Assembly: GCA_038276285.1 (NCBI GenBank)
Contig: JBBPZR010000045.1
Location: forward strand, 6,570 to 70,569
Source: Mycobacteriales bacterium
GTDB taxonomy: Bacteria; Actinomycetota; Actinomycetes; Mycobacteriales; QHCA01
DNA: 64,000 nucleotides
Direction: 5' to 3'
In this document: positions 1 through 8,760 of the stretch, one piece after another
Position numbering within the stretch: position 1 is the stretch's first letter
How the letters are laid out: each line of letters begins with the position of its first letter
Translations under genes and position numbers: made by a program
The notes under the pieces: generated by a model
Told to the model about the DNA's origin: nothing
Database searches by the model: none
Seen by the model: the letters and a program-made list of their open reading frames with translations, nothing else

Positions 1-1
1 G

Positions 2-1672
2 CTGCCCGAGGGCACGACCGGGATCGGGCACACCCGCTGGGCGACTCACGGCGCACCCAACGATCGCAACGCGCACCCGCACCGGGACTGCTCGGGTCAG
101 ATCGCGGTGATCCACAACGGGATCATCGAGAACTTCTCGGTGCTCCGCGCCGAGCTCGAGGAGCGTGGCCACGAGTTGGCCTCCGAAACCGACACCGAGG
201 TGGTTGCTCACCTGCTCGAGGAGGCCACGGCGGCACAGGCTGACCGGCTCGACCTGGCCGAGGCCATGCGTCAGGTGTGCTCCCGGCTCGAGGGGGCCTT
301 CACCCTGGTGGCCCTGCACGCGGACCTGGAGGGCACCGTGGTCGGAGCCCGGCGCAGCAGCCCGCTCGTCGTGGGTCGCGGTCAGGGCGAGAACTTCCTC
401 GGCAGCGACGTCGCCGCCTTCATCGCGCACACGCGCGACGCCGTCGAATTGGAGCAGGACCAGGTCGTCGAGATCACCGCGTCCGCCATCACGATCACCA
501 ACTTCGACGGATCCCCAGGTGTGGGCAAGGACTACCACGTCGACTGGGACGTCTCGGCCGCCGAAAAGGGCGGGTACGACTTCTTCATGCTCAAGGAGAT
601 CGCCGAGCAGCCCGCGGCCGTGGCCAACACGCTGCGCGGCCGGCTCGGTCGTACCGGCGAGATCGTGCTGGACGAGGTGCGGATCCCCGACGAGAACCTG
701 CGCGAGATCGACAAGATCTTCATCATCGCCTGCGGTTCGTCTTACCACGTGGGCCTCATCGCCAAGTACGCCATCGAGCACTGGACCCGCATTCCGTGCG
801 AGGTCGAGCTGGCCAGCGAGTTCCGCTATCGCGATCCCGTCCTTGACCGGTTCACCCTTGTCATCGCCATCAGCCAGAGCGGCGAGACGATGGACACCTT
901 GATGGCCCTGCGGCACGCAAAGGAGCAGCGGGCCCGCGTGCTGGCCATCTCCAACACCAACGGCTCGACCATCCCTCGGGAATCGGATGCTGTGCTCTAC
1001 ACCCGAGCCGGTCCGGAGGTCGCGGTGGCGTCGACCAAGGCCTACCTCACTCAAGTGGCCGCCGTCTATCTGGTCGGGCTGCACCTGGCACAGGTCCGCG
1101 GGACCCTGTATGGCGACGAGGTCGCCGCCGTCGTACGCGAGTTGAAGCGCACCCCCCAGCTGATCGAGCAGGTGCTGTCCACAATGGAGCCGGTACGTGA
1201 GCTCGGCCGAAGCTTGCTCGACGCGCCGAAGGCTCTCTTTATCGGTCGGCATGTCGGCTATCCGGTGGCCCTCGAGGGTGCGCTGAAGCTCAAGGAGATC
1301 GCATATATGCATGCCGAGGGCTTCGCCGCCGGCGAACTCAAGCATGGGCCGATCTCGCTCATCGAGCCCGGCACCCCGGTCATCGTCGTGGTCCCTTCGC
1401 CCCGCGGCCGCGGATCGGTGCACGGCAAGGTGGTCTCGAACCTGCAGGAGGTGCGCGCTCGCGGGGCACGCACCATCGTCATCGCCGAGGAGGGCGACGA
1501 CGACGTGGTGGCCTACGCCGATCACCTGATCCGCGTGCCCGTCCTCCCGACCCTTCTGGCGCCGCTGGTCACCACGGTTCCGCTCCAGGTGCTGGCCTGC
1601 GAGATCGCCGCTGGCCGCGGCAATGACGTCGACCAGCCGCGCAACCTCGCCAAGTCCGTCACCGTCGAGTAG
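2..1672 (+). CDS. glmS: Glutamine--fructose-6-phosphate aminotransferase, 5' end outside window
   Basis: Frame is open from base 2 (LPEGTTGIGHTRWATHGAPN...). Two SIS-type segments and the C-terminal DVDQPRNLAKSVTVE are typical of GlmS. ORF track 107..1672. Confidence 0.95.
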   Translation: MPEGTTGIGHTRWATHGAPNDRNAHPHRDCSGQIAVIHNGIIENFSVLRAELEERGHELASETDTEVVAHLLEEATAAQADRLDLAEAMRQVCSRLEGAFTLVALHADLEGTVVGARRSSPLVVGRGQGENFLGSDVAAFIAHTRDAVELEQDQVVEITASAITITNFDGSPGVGKDYHVDWDVSAAEKGGYDFFMLKEIAEQPAAVANTLRGRLGRTGEIVLDEVRIPDENLREIDKIFIIACGSSYHVGLIAKYAIEHWTRIPCEVELASEFRYRDPVLDRFTLVIAISQSGETMDTLMALRHAKEQRARVLAISNTNGSTIPRESDAVLYTRAGPEVAVASTKAYLTQVAAVYLVGLHLAQVRGTLYGDEVAAVVRELKRTPQLIEQVLSTMEPVRELGRSLLDAPKALFIGRHVGYPVALEGALKLKEIAYMHAEGFAAGELKHGPISLIEPGTPVIVVVPSPRGRGSVHGKVVSNLQEVRARGARTIVIAEEGDDDVVAYADHLIRVPVLPTLLAPLVTTVPLQVLACEIAAGRGNDVDQPRNLAKSVTVE

Positions 1673-1889
1673 CGCCGCGGCTTTACGGCTTCCGAAGCCG
1701 ATACGGCCTCGGGTCGCTTGCGCTCGCGTTTCCTCGATTGGCCCGTCTCCCCCGGTCGCCCGCGGCGTCTGGGGCGTCAGGGGTCGTGGCTGTAGGGCGG
1801 TGGTCGGGTGTGGTAGGTCTTGCCGGCGGGGCTGATCCAGGTGTTTGTCTCGTCTTTGTTGCGGGGCGCTCAGCCATCGGGCGAGTGTC

Positions 1890-2215
1890 TTGGCGGACTC
1901 GGGCCAGGCGACGGACCCGGAGCGGGAGCATGGCCCATTGGTGCTTGAGGATGCCGAACTCCCGCTCAATCATGACGCGCTTGCGGTAGCTCGCCTTCCA
2001 CCTTCCCGTGGTACGTGGGATGAGCGTATGCAGCCGGTCGGCCTTGACCCATATCGAGCGCGGCGTACAAGCGCCGGTGGGGCAGCGCCAATTGGCCGCG
2101 CCCCGCTTGGCATCGGACCCGGCGAACGTCCACACCGCCGGTCGCTCGCGCCGTGCCGCTGACCTACGGAAACGCGTTTCGCTAGACCCTCCTAGCTCGT
2201 ATCCGACCATGTCGG
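1890..2215 (-). pseudogene. C-terminal remnant of a DDE (IS4/IS5-superfamily-like) transposase
   Basis: Inside ORF 1683..2570(-): WTFAGSDAKRGAANWRCPTGAC...IWVKADRLHTLIPR...YRKRVMIEREFGILKHQWAMLPLRVRRLARV. This is the conserved C-terminal block of actinobacterial IS transposases. The N-terminal catalytic half is absent and the flanking translation is Arg/Pro junk. Confidence 0.6.
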
Positions 2216-2287
2216 AACAGCTTCCACAGACCAATTTCCGAACCTCGACGGTCCGATCGGGTCCGGGCCGCAGGGTGGAGCAGGCGC

Positions 2288-3238
2288 CTAGCCGCCGGAT
2301 TCGAGTTGGGCGCGGGCTTGTTTGACTTCGAAGGTGTAGGGGGTCGAGGTGCGGGTGAAGGTGCCGTCGACGGGGACGGTGCCGAGTCCTTTGATGGTCA
2401 TTGTGGCGGTCCAGGTGACGGTCACGGTGGCGGTGTGCGGGCCGGTCGCGTCGAAGGTGTGGGCGGCGTAGAAGTCCGGTTCGAGCTTGGGGTCGTGGGC
2501 GGGGTCGTAGCGTTGGCAGCAGGAGATCCGCGACAGCGATCCGTCCTGTCCGTCGAGGTTCCACGTCCACTGCTGTGGGCGGACCTGGATATTCATGGCG
2601 ATCGGGGCGCCGGCATTGGCGAAGAAGACCTTGCCGGCCGGGGTGTTGCCGGGGTCGGTGGCGGCGCCGGCCTGGAACAGGGTGGCGAAGTTGACCAGGG
2701 TCACTCCGCCGGCGGGCTGCATGGTGACCTGTGGCGCCGCCGGTATCAGCCGGTCGACATAGACCCGCACCTGACGGAACAGATCATCCGTCGACACCGG
2801 CTGTTCCTGCTTACCTACGCAGATGTCGTCGACATACCCCCACGGACCGTCGGGGCCGGTGGAACTAAAAAGACGTCGATAACGAAGACCAAACTCGCCA
2901 GTGCTCAATGTGCACCAGTATCCGGGTCGCGGATTGTTGCATGCATCCCAGTCGCGTATTTTGGATCGACTATCGTGATAATGGCACTCTTCTACAATCT
3001 CCCAGCGACAACTCTCACAGTTCCTTCCCCCAGCGAGTACGCGTACGCCCCCGCTGCCATTTGAGACGACGATGACCCGGCCCTTCGGGCCAGTGGGTCC
3101 AACGTGGACGCAGTCAAAGTCGCCGTCAACGCAGGCTCTGGCTGGCGGAGTCAGTGACGTCAGGGCTTCAATGATGAGGAGCCCCAGGACTAACGCAACA
3201 ATCTTTGACCCAACTCGGGTGTTATGTGCGCACAACAT
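2288..3238 (-). CDS. Secreted cysteine-rich hypothetical protein
   Basis: 316-aa ORF with an N-terminal signal-like segment (KIVALVLGLLIIEALTSLTPPARA) and many Cys. The 5' half lies in visibly AT-richer DNA than the rest of the window. No family recognised. Confidence 0.6.
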   Translation of the reverse strand: MLCAHNTRVGSKIVALVLGLLIIEALTSLTPPARACVDGDFDCVHVGPTGPKGRVIVVSNGSGGVRVLAGGRNCESCRWEIVEECHYHDSRSKIRDWDACNNPRPGYWCTLSTGEFGLRYRRLFSSTGPDGPWGYVDDICVGKQEQPVSTDDLFRQVRVYVDRLIPAAPQVTMQPAGGVTLVNFATLFQAGAATDPGNTPAGKVFFANAGAPIAMNIQVRPQQWTWNLDGQDGSLSRISCCQRYDPAHDPKLEPDFYAAHTFDATGPHTATVTVTWTATMTIKGLGTVPVDGTFTRTSTPYTFEVKQARAQLESGG

Positions 3239-3755
3239 TGGTCACCATCCATGTCTGGCCCAACTTCTCTAAAGTGACCAGGCTGCCCTGAGGCTGAGGT
3301 GACGCTGGATAAGCCTTGATCACGCCACCAACTCTGTTCAGCACCGTGTAGCCGGTTGTTCGATAAGTTATCGAAACAACTCCCACTTCGGCCGCTCTAA
3401 GTTTCGCCACTGCAGTCAGCACTACATAGTAATTGTGGGCGCGAACGCTGCCGTGCGCCCACGCCTTCTGTACTTCGTCAGCGAAATTGAGACAAGCACA
3501 ACTTGTTGTAGACAGAGCGCGAAGCTTGGCTGTGTCGCCCGTCTCAACCGCCCGGCTACTTTCGGCGTAGTACTGCTTCGCCAGCGCGACGATGACCGCC
3601 TTGGCGTCACCGGGAGCCGGGCTGGCGCTCGGGCTCGCGGAGGCCGACGGGGATGCGGAGGGCAGGGGCGGAAGCTTGCCGCCCTGCTGCGACTCGCTGC
3701 ACGCGGCCAGCGCCAACCCGCAGCACACCCAGACCAGTGCAACCCGGCTGATCAC
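3222..3755 (-). CDS. Putative lipoprotein, unknown function
   Basis: 177-aa ORF with a lipobox-like N-terminus (VWVCCGLALAAC) followed by a low-complexity SPSASASPSASPAP linker. It forms an operon with 2288..3238 (17-nt overlap). Confidence 0.6.
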   Translation of the reverse strand: MISRVALVWVCCGLALAACSESQQGGKLPPLPSASPSASASPSASPAPGDAKAVIVALAKQYYAESSRAVETGDTAKLRALSTTSCACLNFADEVQKAWAHGSVRAHNYYVVLTAVAKLRAAEVGVVSITYRTTGYTVLNRVGGVIKAYPASPQPQGSLVTLEKLGQTWMVTNVVRT

Positions 3756-3911
3756 GGGCGAAGCCTAGCGAAAACCGGCTGGCGCGGCATATCTCAGCAA
3801 GTCCGCTGTGGATAAGCACCTCCACCTAGCGGCCACAGTCCGACGCCGCCTGGGGTTGAGCCGCATCACGAGCCCCTGCAGGCCGATGGCACCCCCGTTA
3901 GGCTGCCTGCT

Positions 3912-4280
3912 GTGATCGTCGGGGTGGGCATCGATGTAGTCCCGATAGAGCGGTTCGCCGACTCGCTGCGCCGCACCGCCGGCCTGGCCGAGCGGCTCTT
4001 TACCGCCGCCGAGCGGGTAACGGGGACCGGCCACCAGCGGAGCCCGGAGTCGCTGGCCGCCCGCTTCGCCGCCAAGGAGGCGGTCGCCAAGGCTCTCGGC
4101 GTACCGGCCGCGCTCGAGTGGCACGACTGCGAGGTGCGCTCAAGCGATGGCGGCCAACCCGAGGTGATCGTCCGCGGCACGGTGGCTGCGGCGGCCGCCG
4201 CCCGCGGGGTGACCGCGTGGCACCTGTCGCTGTCGCACGACGGCGGGATCGCCTCGGCGATGGTGGTGGCCGAGGCGTGA
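3912..4280 (+). CDS. acpS: Holo-[acyl-carrier-protein] synthase
   Basis: 122 aa. N-terminus [15 protein letters not shown] and [14 protein letters not shown] are typical AcpS/4'-phosphopantetheinyl transferase motifs. Confidence 0.9.
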   Translation: MIVGVGIDVVPIERFADSLRRTAGLAERLFTAAERVTGTGHQRSPESLAARFAAKEAVAKALGVPAALEWHDCEVRSSDGGQPEVIVRGTVAAAAAARGVTAWHLSLSHDGGIASAMVVAEA

Positions 4281-5701
4281 GGGGCGTCTGGACCGTCGAG
4301 GCCGTACGCGCAGCCGAAGCCGAGTTGATGCGTACCTTGCCGGAGGGTGCACTCATGCAGCGGGCGGCAGCTGGCCTGGCCAACCGGTGCACCCGACTGC
4401 TCGACGGTGTGTACGGAAAGCGCGTCGTCCTGCTCGTCGGTGGCGGAAACAACGGCGGTGATGCGCTGTACGCAGGAGCGCGGCTGGCCGGTCGCGGTGC
4501 CTGGGTGGAGGCGGTCCTCCTAGATGCCGAGAGCGCGCACGCTGGCGGGCTGGCCGCCCTGCGCAGATCCGGTGGGCGCGCCAGCGCCGATGCCGAGTCA
4601 CCGTCGTCGGCTGACCTGATCGTCGACGGCATCGTCGGGCTTGGCGGGCGAGGCGGCTTGCGCGCCAACGCGGCAAACCTGGCCGACCAGGCTGACCGTT
4701 CGGCCGCCCTTTGCGTGGCCGTCGACCTGCCCAGCGGCGTGCTGGCCGATTCGGGTGCCGTGCCGGGAGCGGCCTTCCGGGCCGACGTGACAGTGACCTT
4801 CGGCTGCATGAAACCCGGGCTCGTCGTCGGTGGGGGGCAGGCGCTGGCTGGCGTAGTCGACGTCGTAGACATCGGGCTGGCACCGCATCTCGGACCGCAA
4901 ATCGCCCAAGTGCCCGATGCCGGCGACATTGCCGACTGGCTGCCCGAGCCGGGGCCGATGGACGACAAGTACACGCGCGGCGTCGTCGGGCTGGCCTCGG
5001 GGTCGGCGGCGTACGGCGGTGCCGCGGTGCTGTCCGTCGGGGGAGCGGTGCACGGCTTCGCCGGCATGGTGCGCTACGCAGGCCACGCGGCGGAGGCGGT
5101 CCGGAGCCGGTGGCCGGAGGTGGTCGTCAGCGAAGGCGGGCCGGGGGATGCCGGCCGGGTGCAGGCCTGGGTGGTCGGGCCGGGACTCGGTACGGACGAC
5201 GAGGCGGAGCGGGTCGTACACGATGTTCTCGCCACCGATGTTCCCGTCCTTGTCGATGCCGACGGACTGACCGTGCTGGCCCGGCATCCCGAGTGGGTAC
5301 GCGACCGGGCGGCCGACACGCTGCTGACACCGCACGATCGGGAGTTCTCCCGGCTCGCGGGCGACGTGGGTGACGACCGGATCGCGGCCGCCCGGCGTGC
5401 TGCCGGCGATCTGCGGGCGACCGTGCTGCTCAAGGGCGAGGCGACCGTGATCAGCTCACCGGGCGGCGAGGTCGCTGTCGTCGCGTCTGGCCTGCCGTGG
5501 CTGGCAACCGCGGGCAGCGGTGACGTGCTCTCGGGGCTCGCGGGATCGCTGCTCGCTGCCGGGCTGCCGCCGCTCCGCGCGGCGACGGTTGCCGCCTTCT
5601 TGCACGGCCTCGCTGGCAGGCTGGCCAGCGACGGCGGCCCGATCAGCGCCGGCGACGTGCTCGACGCCGTCCCCGACGCCGCCCGCACCGTCCGCGGCTG
5701 A
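4277..5701 (+). CDS. nnr: Bifunctional NAD(P)H-hydrate epimerase / ADP-dependent dehydratase
   Basis: YjeF_N-like [20 protein letters not shown] plus a C-terminal carbohydrate-kinase-like GSGDVLSG. Start chosen at the GTG that overlaps the acpS stop (GTGA). The ORF track opens earlier, at 4118. Confidence 0.85.
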   Translation: MRGVWTVEAVRAAEAELMRTLPEGALMQRAAAGLANRCTRLLDGVYGKRVVLLVGGGNNGGDALYAGARLAGRGAWVEAVLLDAESAHAGGLAALRRSGGRASADAESPSSADLIVDGIVGLGGRGGLRANAANLADQADRSAALCVAVDLPSGVLADSGAVPGAAFRADVTVTFGCMKPGLVVGGGQALAGVVDVVDIGLAPHLGPQIAQVPDAGDIADWLPEPGPMDDKYTRGVVGLASGSAAYGGAAVLSVGGAVHGFAGMVRYAGHAAEAVRSRWPEVVVSEGGPGDAGRVQAWVVGPGLGTDDEAERVVHDVLATDVPVLVDADGLTVLARHPEWVRDRAADTLLTPHDREFSRLAGDVGDDRIAAARRAAGDLRATVLLKGEATVISSPGGEVAVVASGLPWLATAGSGDVLSGLAGSLLAAGLPPLRAATVAAFLHGLAGRLASDGGPISAGDVLDAVPDAARTVRG

Positions 5702-5726
5702 CGGTCCCCTCTGAGAGAATGAGCCG

Positions 5727-6848
5727 GTGCTGAGAGCCGAGGCGAGCGTCGATCTCGACGCGATACGCGACAACGTCACCCGGCTCCGGACCGCGGCGCC
5801 GTCGGCCCAGTTGATGGCGGTAGTCAAGGCTGACGGTTACGGGCACGGCCTCATCCCCAGCGCGCAGGCGGCGCTCGAGGGCGGCGCTGACTGGCTCGGC
5901 GTCTGCGTGCTCGAAGAGGGGCTAGCCCTGCGGGCAGCGGGCATCACCGCGCCGGTGCTCTCGTGGCTGAGCGTGCCCGGCGAGCCATTGCACGAAGGCG
6001 TCTCGGCGGCCATCGACCTCGGAGTCTCCACGCGGTGGGCGCTGGAGGAGACGATCGCGGCCGCTCAGCAAGCCGCCCGCACCGCCCGCGTGCACCTCAA
6101 GGTTGACACCGGTCTGTGCCGCGGCGGCTGCACGGTGAGCGACTGGCCCGACCTGCTCGCAGCGGTCGCCAAGGCAGAGGCGTCGGGCGAGGTCGCGGTC
6201 ACCGGCGTCTGGAGTCACCTCGCCTACGCCGACGACCCGGGTCATCCGACCATCGGCCGCCAGCTGGCCGTGTTCGGCGAGGCGCTAGACATGGCCGAGC
6301 GGGCCGGCCTGCGTCCGCAGCTGCGGCATCTGGCCAATTCCGCCGCAACGCTGACCCTCCCGGCCGCGCACTTCGACATGGTCCGGCCCGGGATCGCTGT
6401 CTACGGCCTGTCGCCGGTGCCGAACGTGTCCACCTACGGACTTCGCCCGGCGATGACCCTGCGTGCCCGGATCGCGCTGTCCAAAGAGGTCCCGGCCGGC
6501 AGCGGCGTCTCGTACGGCCATCGCTACCACACCACCGAAGGCACGCGACTGGCGCTCGTGCCGCTGGGGTACGCAGACGGGGTGCCCCGCGCCGCGACGA
6601 ACATCGCCGAGGTCTGGCTGGCCGGGCGGCGACGGCAGATCAGCGGCACGGTGTGCATGGACCAGTTCGTCGTCGACGTCGGAGCCGACCACGTTGATGC
6701 CGGTGATGAGGTCGTGCTGTTCGGGCCGGGGGACCACGGGGAGCCGACCGCCCATGACTGGGCCGACGCGCTGCACACGATCTCCTACGAGATCGTGACG
6801 CGGATCGGCGCCCGGGTGCCGCGCACCTACGCCGGGCGGCGCCGGTGA
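5727..6848 (+). CDS. alr: Alanine racemase
   Basis: 373 aa. AVVKADGYGHG PLP-lysine motif; full-length Alr architecture. Confidence 0.93.
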   Translation: MLRAEASVDLDAIRDNVTRLRTAAPSAQLMAVVKADGYGHGLIPSAQAALEGGADWLGVCVLEEGLALRAAGITAPVLSWLSVPGEPLHEGVSAAIDLGVSTRWALEETIAAAQQAARTARVHLKVDTGLCRGGCTVSDWPDLLAAVAKAEASGEVAVTGVWSHLAYADDPGHPTIGRQLAVFGEALDMAERAGLRPQLRHLANSAATLTLPAAHFDMVRPGIAVYGLSPVPNVSTYGLRPAMTLRARIALSKEVPAGSGVSYGHRYHTTEGTRLALVPLGYADGVPRAATNIAEVWLAGRRRQISGTVCMDQFVVDVGADHVDAGDEVVLFGPGDHGEPTAHDWADALHTISYEIVTRIGARVPRTYAGRRR

Positions 6849-7939
6849 GATCTCGGCGTCGCCGGGCCGGGCTGATCGGCGCGTTGGTGGGCGTTGCCGC
6901 TGCCGGCGCGGCTGTCGGGCTGGCAGCCGAGCGCCTCGCGGTCGGCCGGGCCCGCATCGGCGGCGATGAGGGAGCTGACGAGCCGTTCGGGCTCCTACCT
7001 GCCGACCAGGCGCTCAGCGTCTCGTCGACGGATGGCGTGGAGCTGCATGTCGAGGTGGTCGGCTGCGGCTCGGCCGACATCACCGTCGTTTTCGTGCACG
7101 GCTTCTGCCTCGACATGGGTACGTGGCATTTCCAGCGGCTCGGCCTGGCCGATCTGCGGAAGCCGCGCATCGACATGGTCTTCTATGACCAGCGCGGGCA
7201 CGGTCGCTCCGGGCGCGGCGAGCCGGCCAACTGCACCATCGAGCAGCTGGGCCGCGACCTCGAGTCGGTCATCAACGCGGTGGCCCCGACCGGCCCGCTC
7301 GTCCTATGTGGACACTCTATGGGCGGCATGAGTGTGATGGCGCTGGCCGAGCAGCGCCCCGAGGTTTTCGTCCAGCGTGTCGTCGGGGTGGCCCTGGTGT
7401 CCACATCGGCCGGTGACCTCGACACGGTGTCGTTCGGTATGCCGCGCCTGGTCGCCGCCGTACGGAAGCCGCTCATGCCGCTGCTCGCGAGTGGCATGCG
7501 CAGCCGTGCGCGCTTGCTCGAGGGAGCCCGCCGCAAGGGCAGCGACGTCACCTGGCTGGCGACCCGGCGCTGGGCCTTCGGCACCCGAGCGGTCAGTCCC
7601 GCCTTGGTGGACTACGTCGAGCGAATGAACTCCAGCACGCCGGTCGAGACCATCGCAGCATTTCTGAGCACCTTGTCGAACCACATGCGCTATGAAGCGC
7701 TGGCGGCGTTCGACGGCATCGAGACGATTGTCATCTGCGGAGAGCGCGATCTGATGACACCGGTGGACCACAGCCGCAAGTTGGCCGAGGCGCTGCCGGG
7801 CTGCGAATTCGTCGAGATCGCCGCCGGCGGCCATCTCATGCTGATGGATCACGCCGAGGAGGTGAATCTCGACCTTCGGTCCTTCCTCGAGCGGGCCTTG
7901 CGAGCGGTGCCGAGATCTCGCCGGCGACGCCGCGGGTGA
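6845..7939 (+). CDS. Alpha/beta-fold hydrolase
   Basis: 364 aa. HGF oxyanion region and GHSMGG nucleophile elbow. Start overlaps the alr stop. Confidence 0.8.
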   Translation: MRSRRRRAGLIGALVGVAAAGAAVGLAAERLAVGRARIGGDEGADEPFGLLPADQALSVSSTDGVELHVEVVGCGSADITVVFVHGFCLDMGTWHFQRLGLADLRKPRIDMVFYDQRGHGRSGRGEPANCTIEQLGRDLESVINAVAPTGPLVLCGHSMGGMSVMALAEQRPEVFVQRVVGVALVSTSAGDLDTVSFGMPRLVAAVRKPLMPLLASGMRSRARLLEGARRKGSDVTWLATRRWAFGTRAVSPALVDYVERMNSSTPVETIAAFLSTLSNHMRYEALAAFDGIETIVICGERDLMTPVDHSRKLAEALPGCEFVEIAAGGHLMLMDHAEEVNLDLRSFLERALRAVPRSRRRRRG

Positions 7940-8517
7940 CCGCTGACCGCGCCGACGCCGCCTGGGCCGACCTGTCGGGAGCGATCCGCACCTGCGTCGC
8001 CTGCTCGGAATTGGCCGCCAGCCGGATCAGCGTCGTCGTCGGTCAGGCGCCCCTGTCAGCGCGGCTGGCACTGGTGGGCGAGGCACCCGGGGCTCAGGAG
8101 GATGCCGCGGGCGTGCCGTTCGTCGGGCGGGCCGGCGCGCTGCTGAACGACCTGCTCGATGAGGCCGGTCTATCCCGAGCAGACGTTGCCGTGCTCAATG
8201 TGCTGAAGTGCCGGCCACCGGGTAACCGGCCGCCACGACCGCTAGAGGTGATCAACTGCCGGCCCTGGCTGCAACGCCAGCTGGATCTCGTCGATCCGAC
8301 CGTGACCGTGGCGCTGGGCCTGTCGGCGACACGGTGGTTTCTCGGACGTACCACGACGCTGGGCGCCGTGCGGGGACGCACGCACCTCGTTGCCGGACGG
8401 TGTGTTGTGCCGACGTATCACCCGTCGGCGGCCTTGCGATTCGGCCCCGCCGGGGCCCCGTTGGCCGCGCTACGGACCGACCTGGCCCTTGCCGTGTCCG
8501 TTCTGGCTCGCGGCTGA
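7936..8517 (+). CDS. Uracil-DNA glycosylase, family 4 type
   Basis: GEAPGAQED...PFVGRAG motif A and HPSAALR motif B. Cys residues are positioned for the family-4 Fe-S cluster (CVAC...KC...NC). Confidence 0.85.
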   Translation: MTADRADAAWADLSGAIRTCVACSELAASRISVVVGQAPLSARLALVGEAPGAQEDAAGVPFVGRAGALLNDLLDEAGLSRADVAVLNVLKCRPPGNRPPRPLEVINCRPWLQRQLDLVDPTVTVALGLSATRWFLGRTTTLGAVRGRTHLVAGRCVVPTYHPSAALRFGPAGAPLAALRTDLALAVSVLARG

Positions 8518-8760
8518 CGTACCGGGTCGCGAGCCGGGCCAGTTCCACCGGCGTGGGGGCGTGACCCGGCGCATCCACGGTGGCCTCCTCGCGTCCACCG
8601 GGAACTCCTGCCCGTCGGCATCGAGCCCCACCAGGAACTGATGGCGAGTCGGCCGATCGGGGTGCAGCGGCGGGCGCCGCCCCTGCTCCAGCGCGTACTC
8701 CCGCAAGGTCGCGGCCTGCCGGCGATCCTCATCGCTGTGACGGCCGGGCTGCTGACTCAC
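8470..8760 (-). CDS. Speculative small ORF translationally coupled to toxin 1 (candidate immunity protein)
   Basis: Its GTG overlaps the toxin stop as GTGA at 8757-8760. By manual inspection the frame has mostly G/C third positions (e.g. QFLVGLDADGQEFPVDA). The product is Arg/Pro-rich and the 3' end overlaps the convergent udg, so the true end and frame are uncertain. Confidence 0.25.
   Translation of the reverse strand: MSQQPGRHSDEDRRQAATLREYALEQGRRPPLHPDRPTRHQFLVGLDADGQEFPVDARRPPWMRRVTPPRRWNWPGSRPGTSAASQNGHGKGQVGP

Noticed and set aside
1683-1705. Short hairpin GGCTTC-C-GAAGCC after glmS, considered as a terminator.
   Set aside because: The stem is only 6 bp with no U-tract. It is not convincing as an intrinsic terminator.
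1673-2300. Tn7-like element at the glmS attachment site.
   Set aside because: The position fits attTn7, but the only transposase trace is an IS4/IS5-type DDE C-terminal fragment. No TnsABCD-like genes or Tn7 end repeats are visible.
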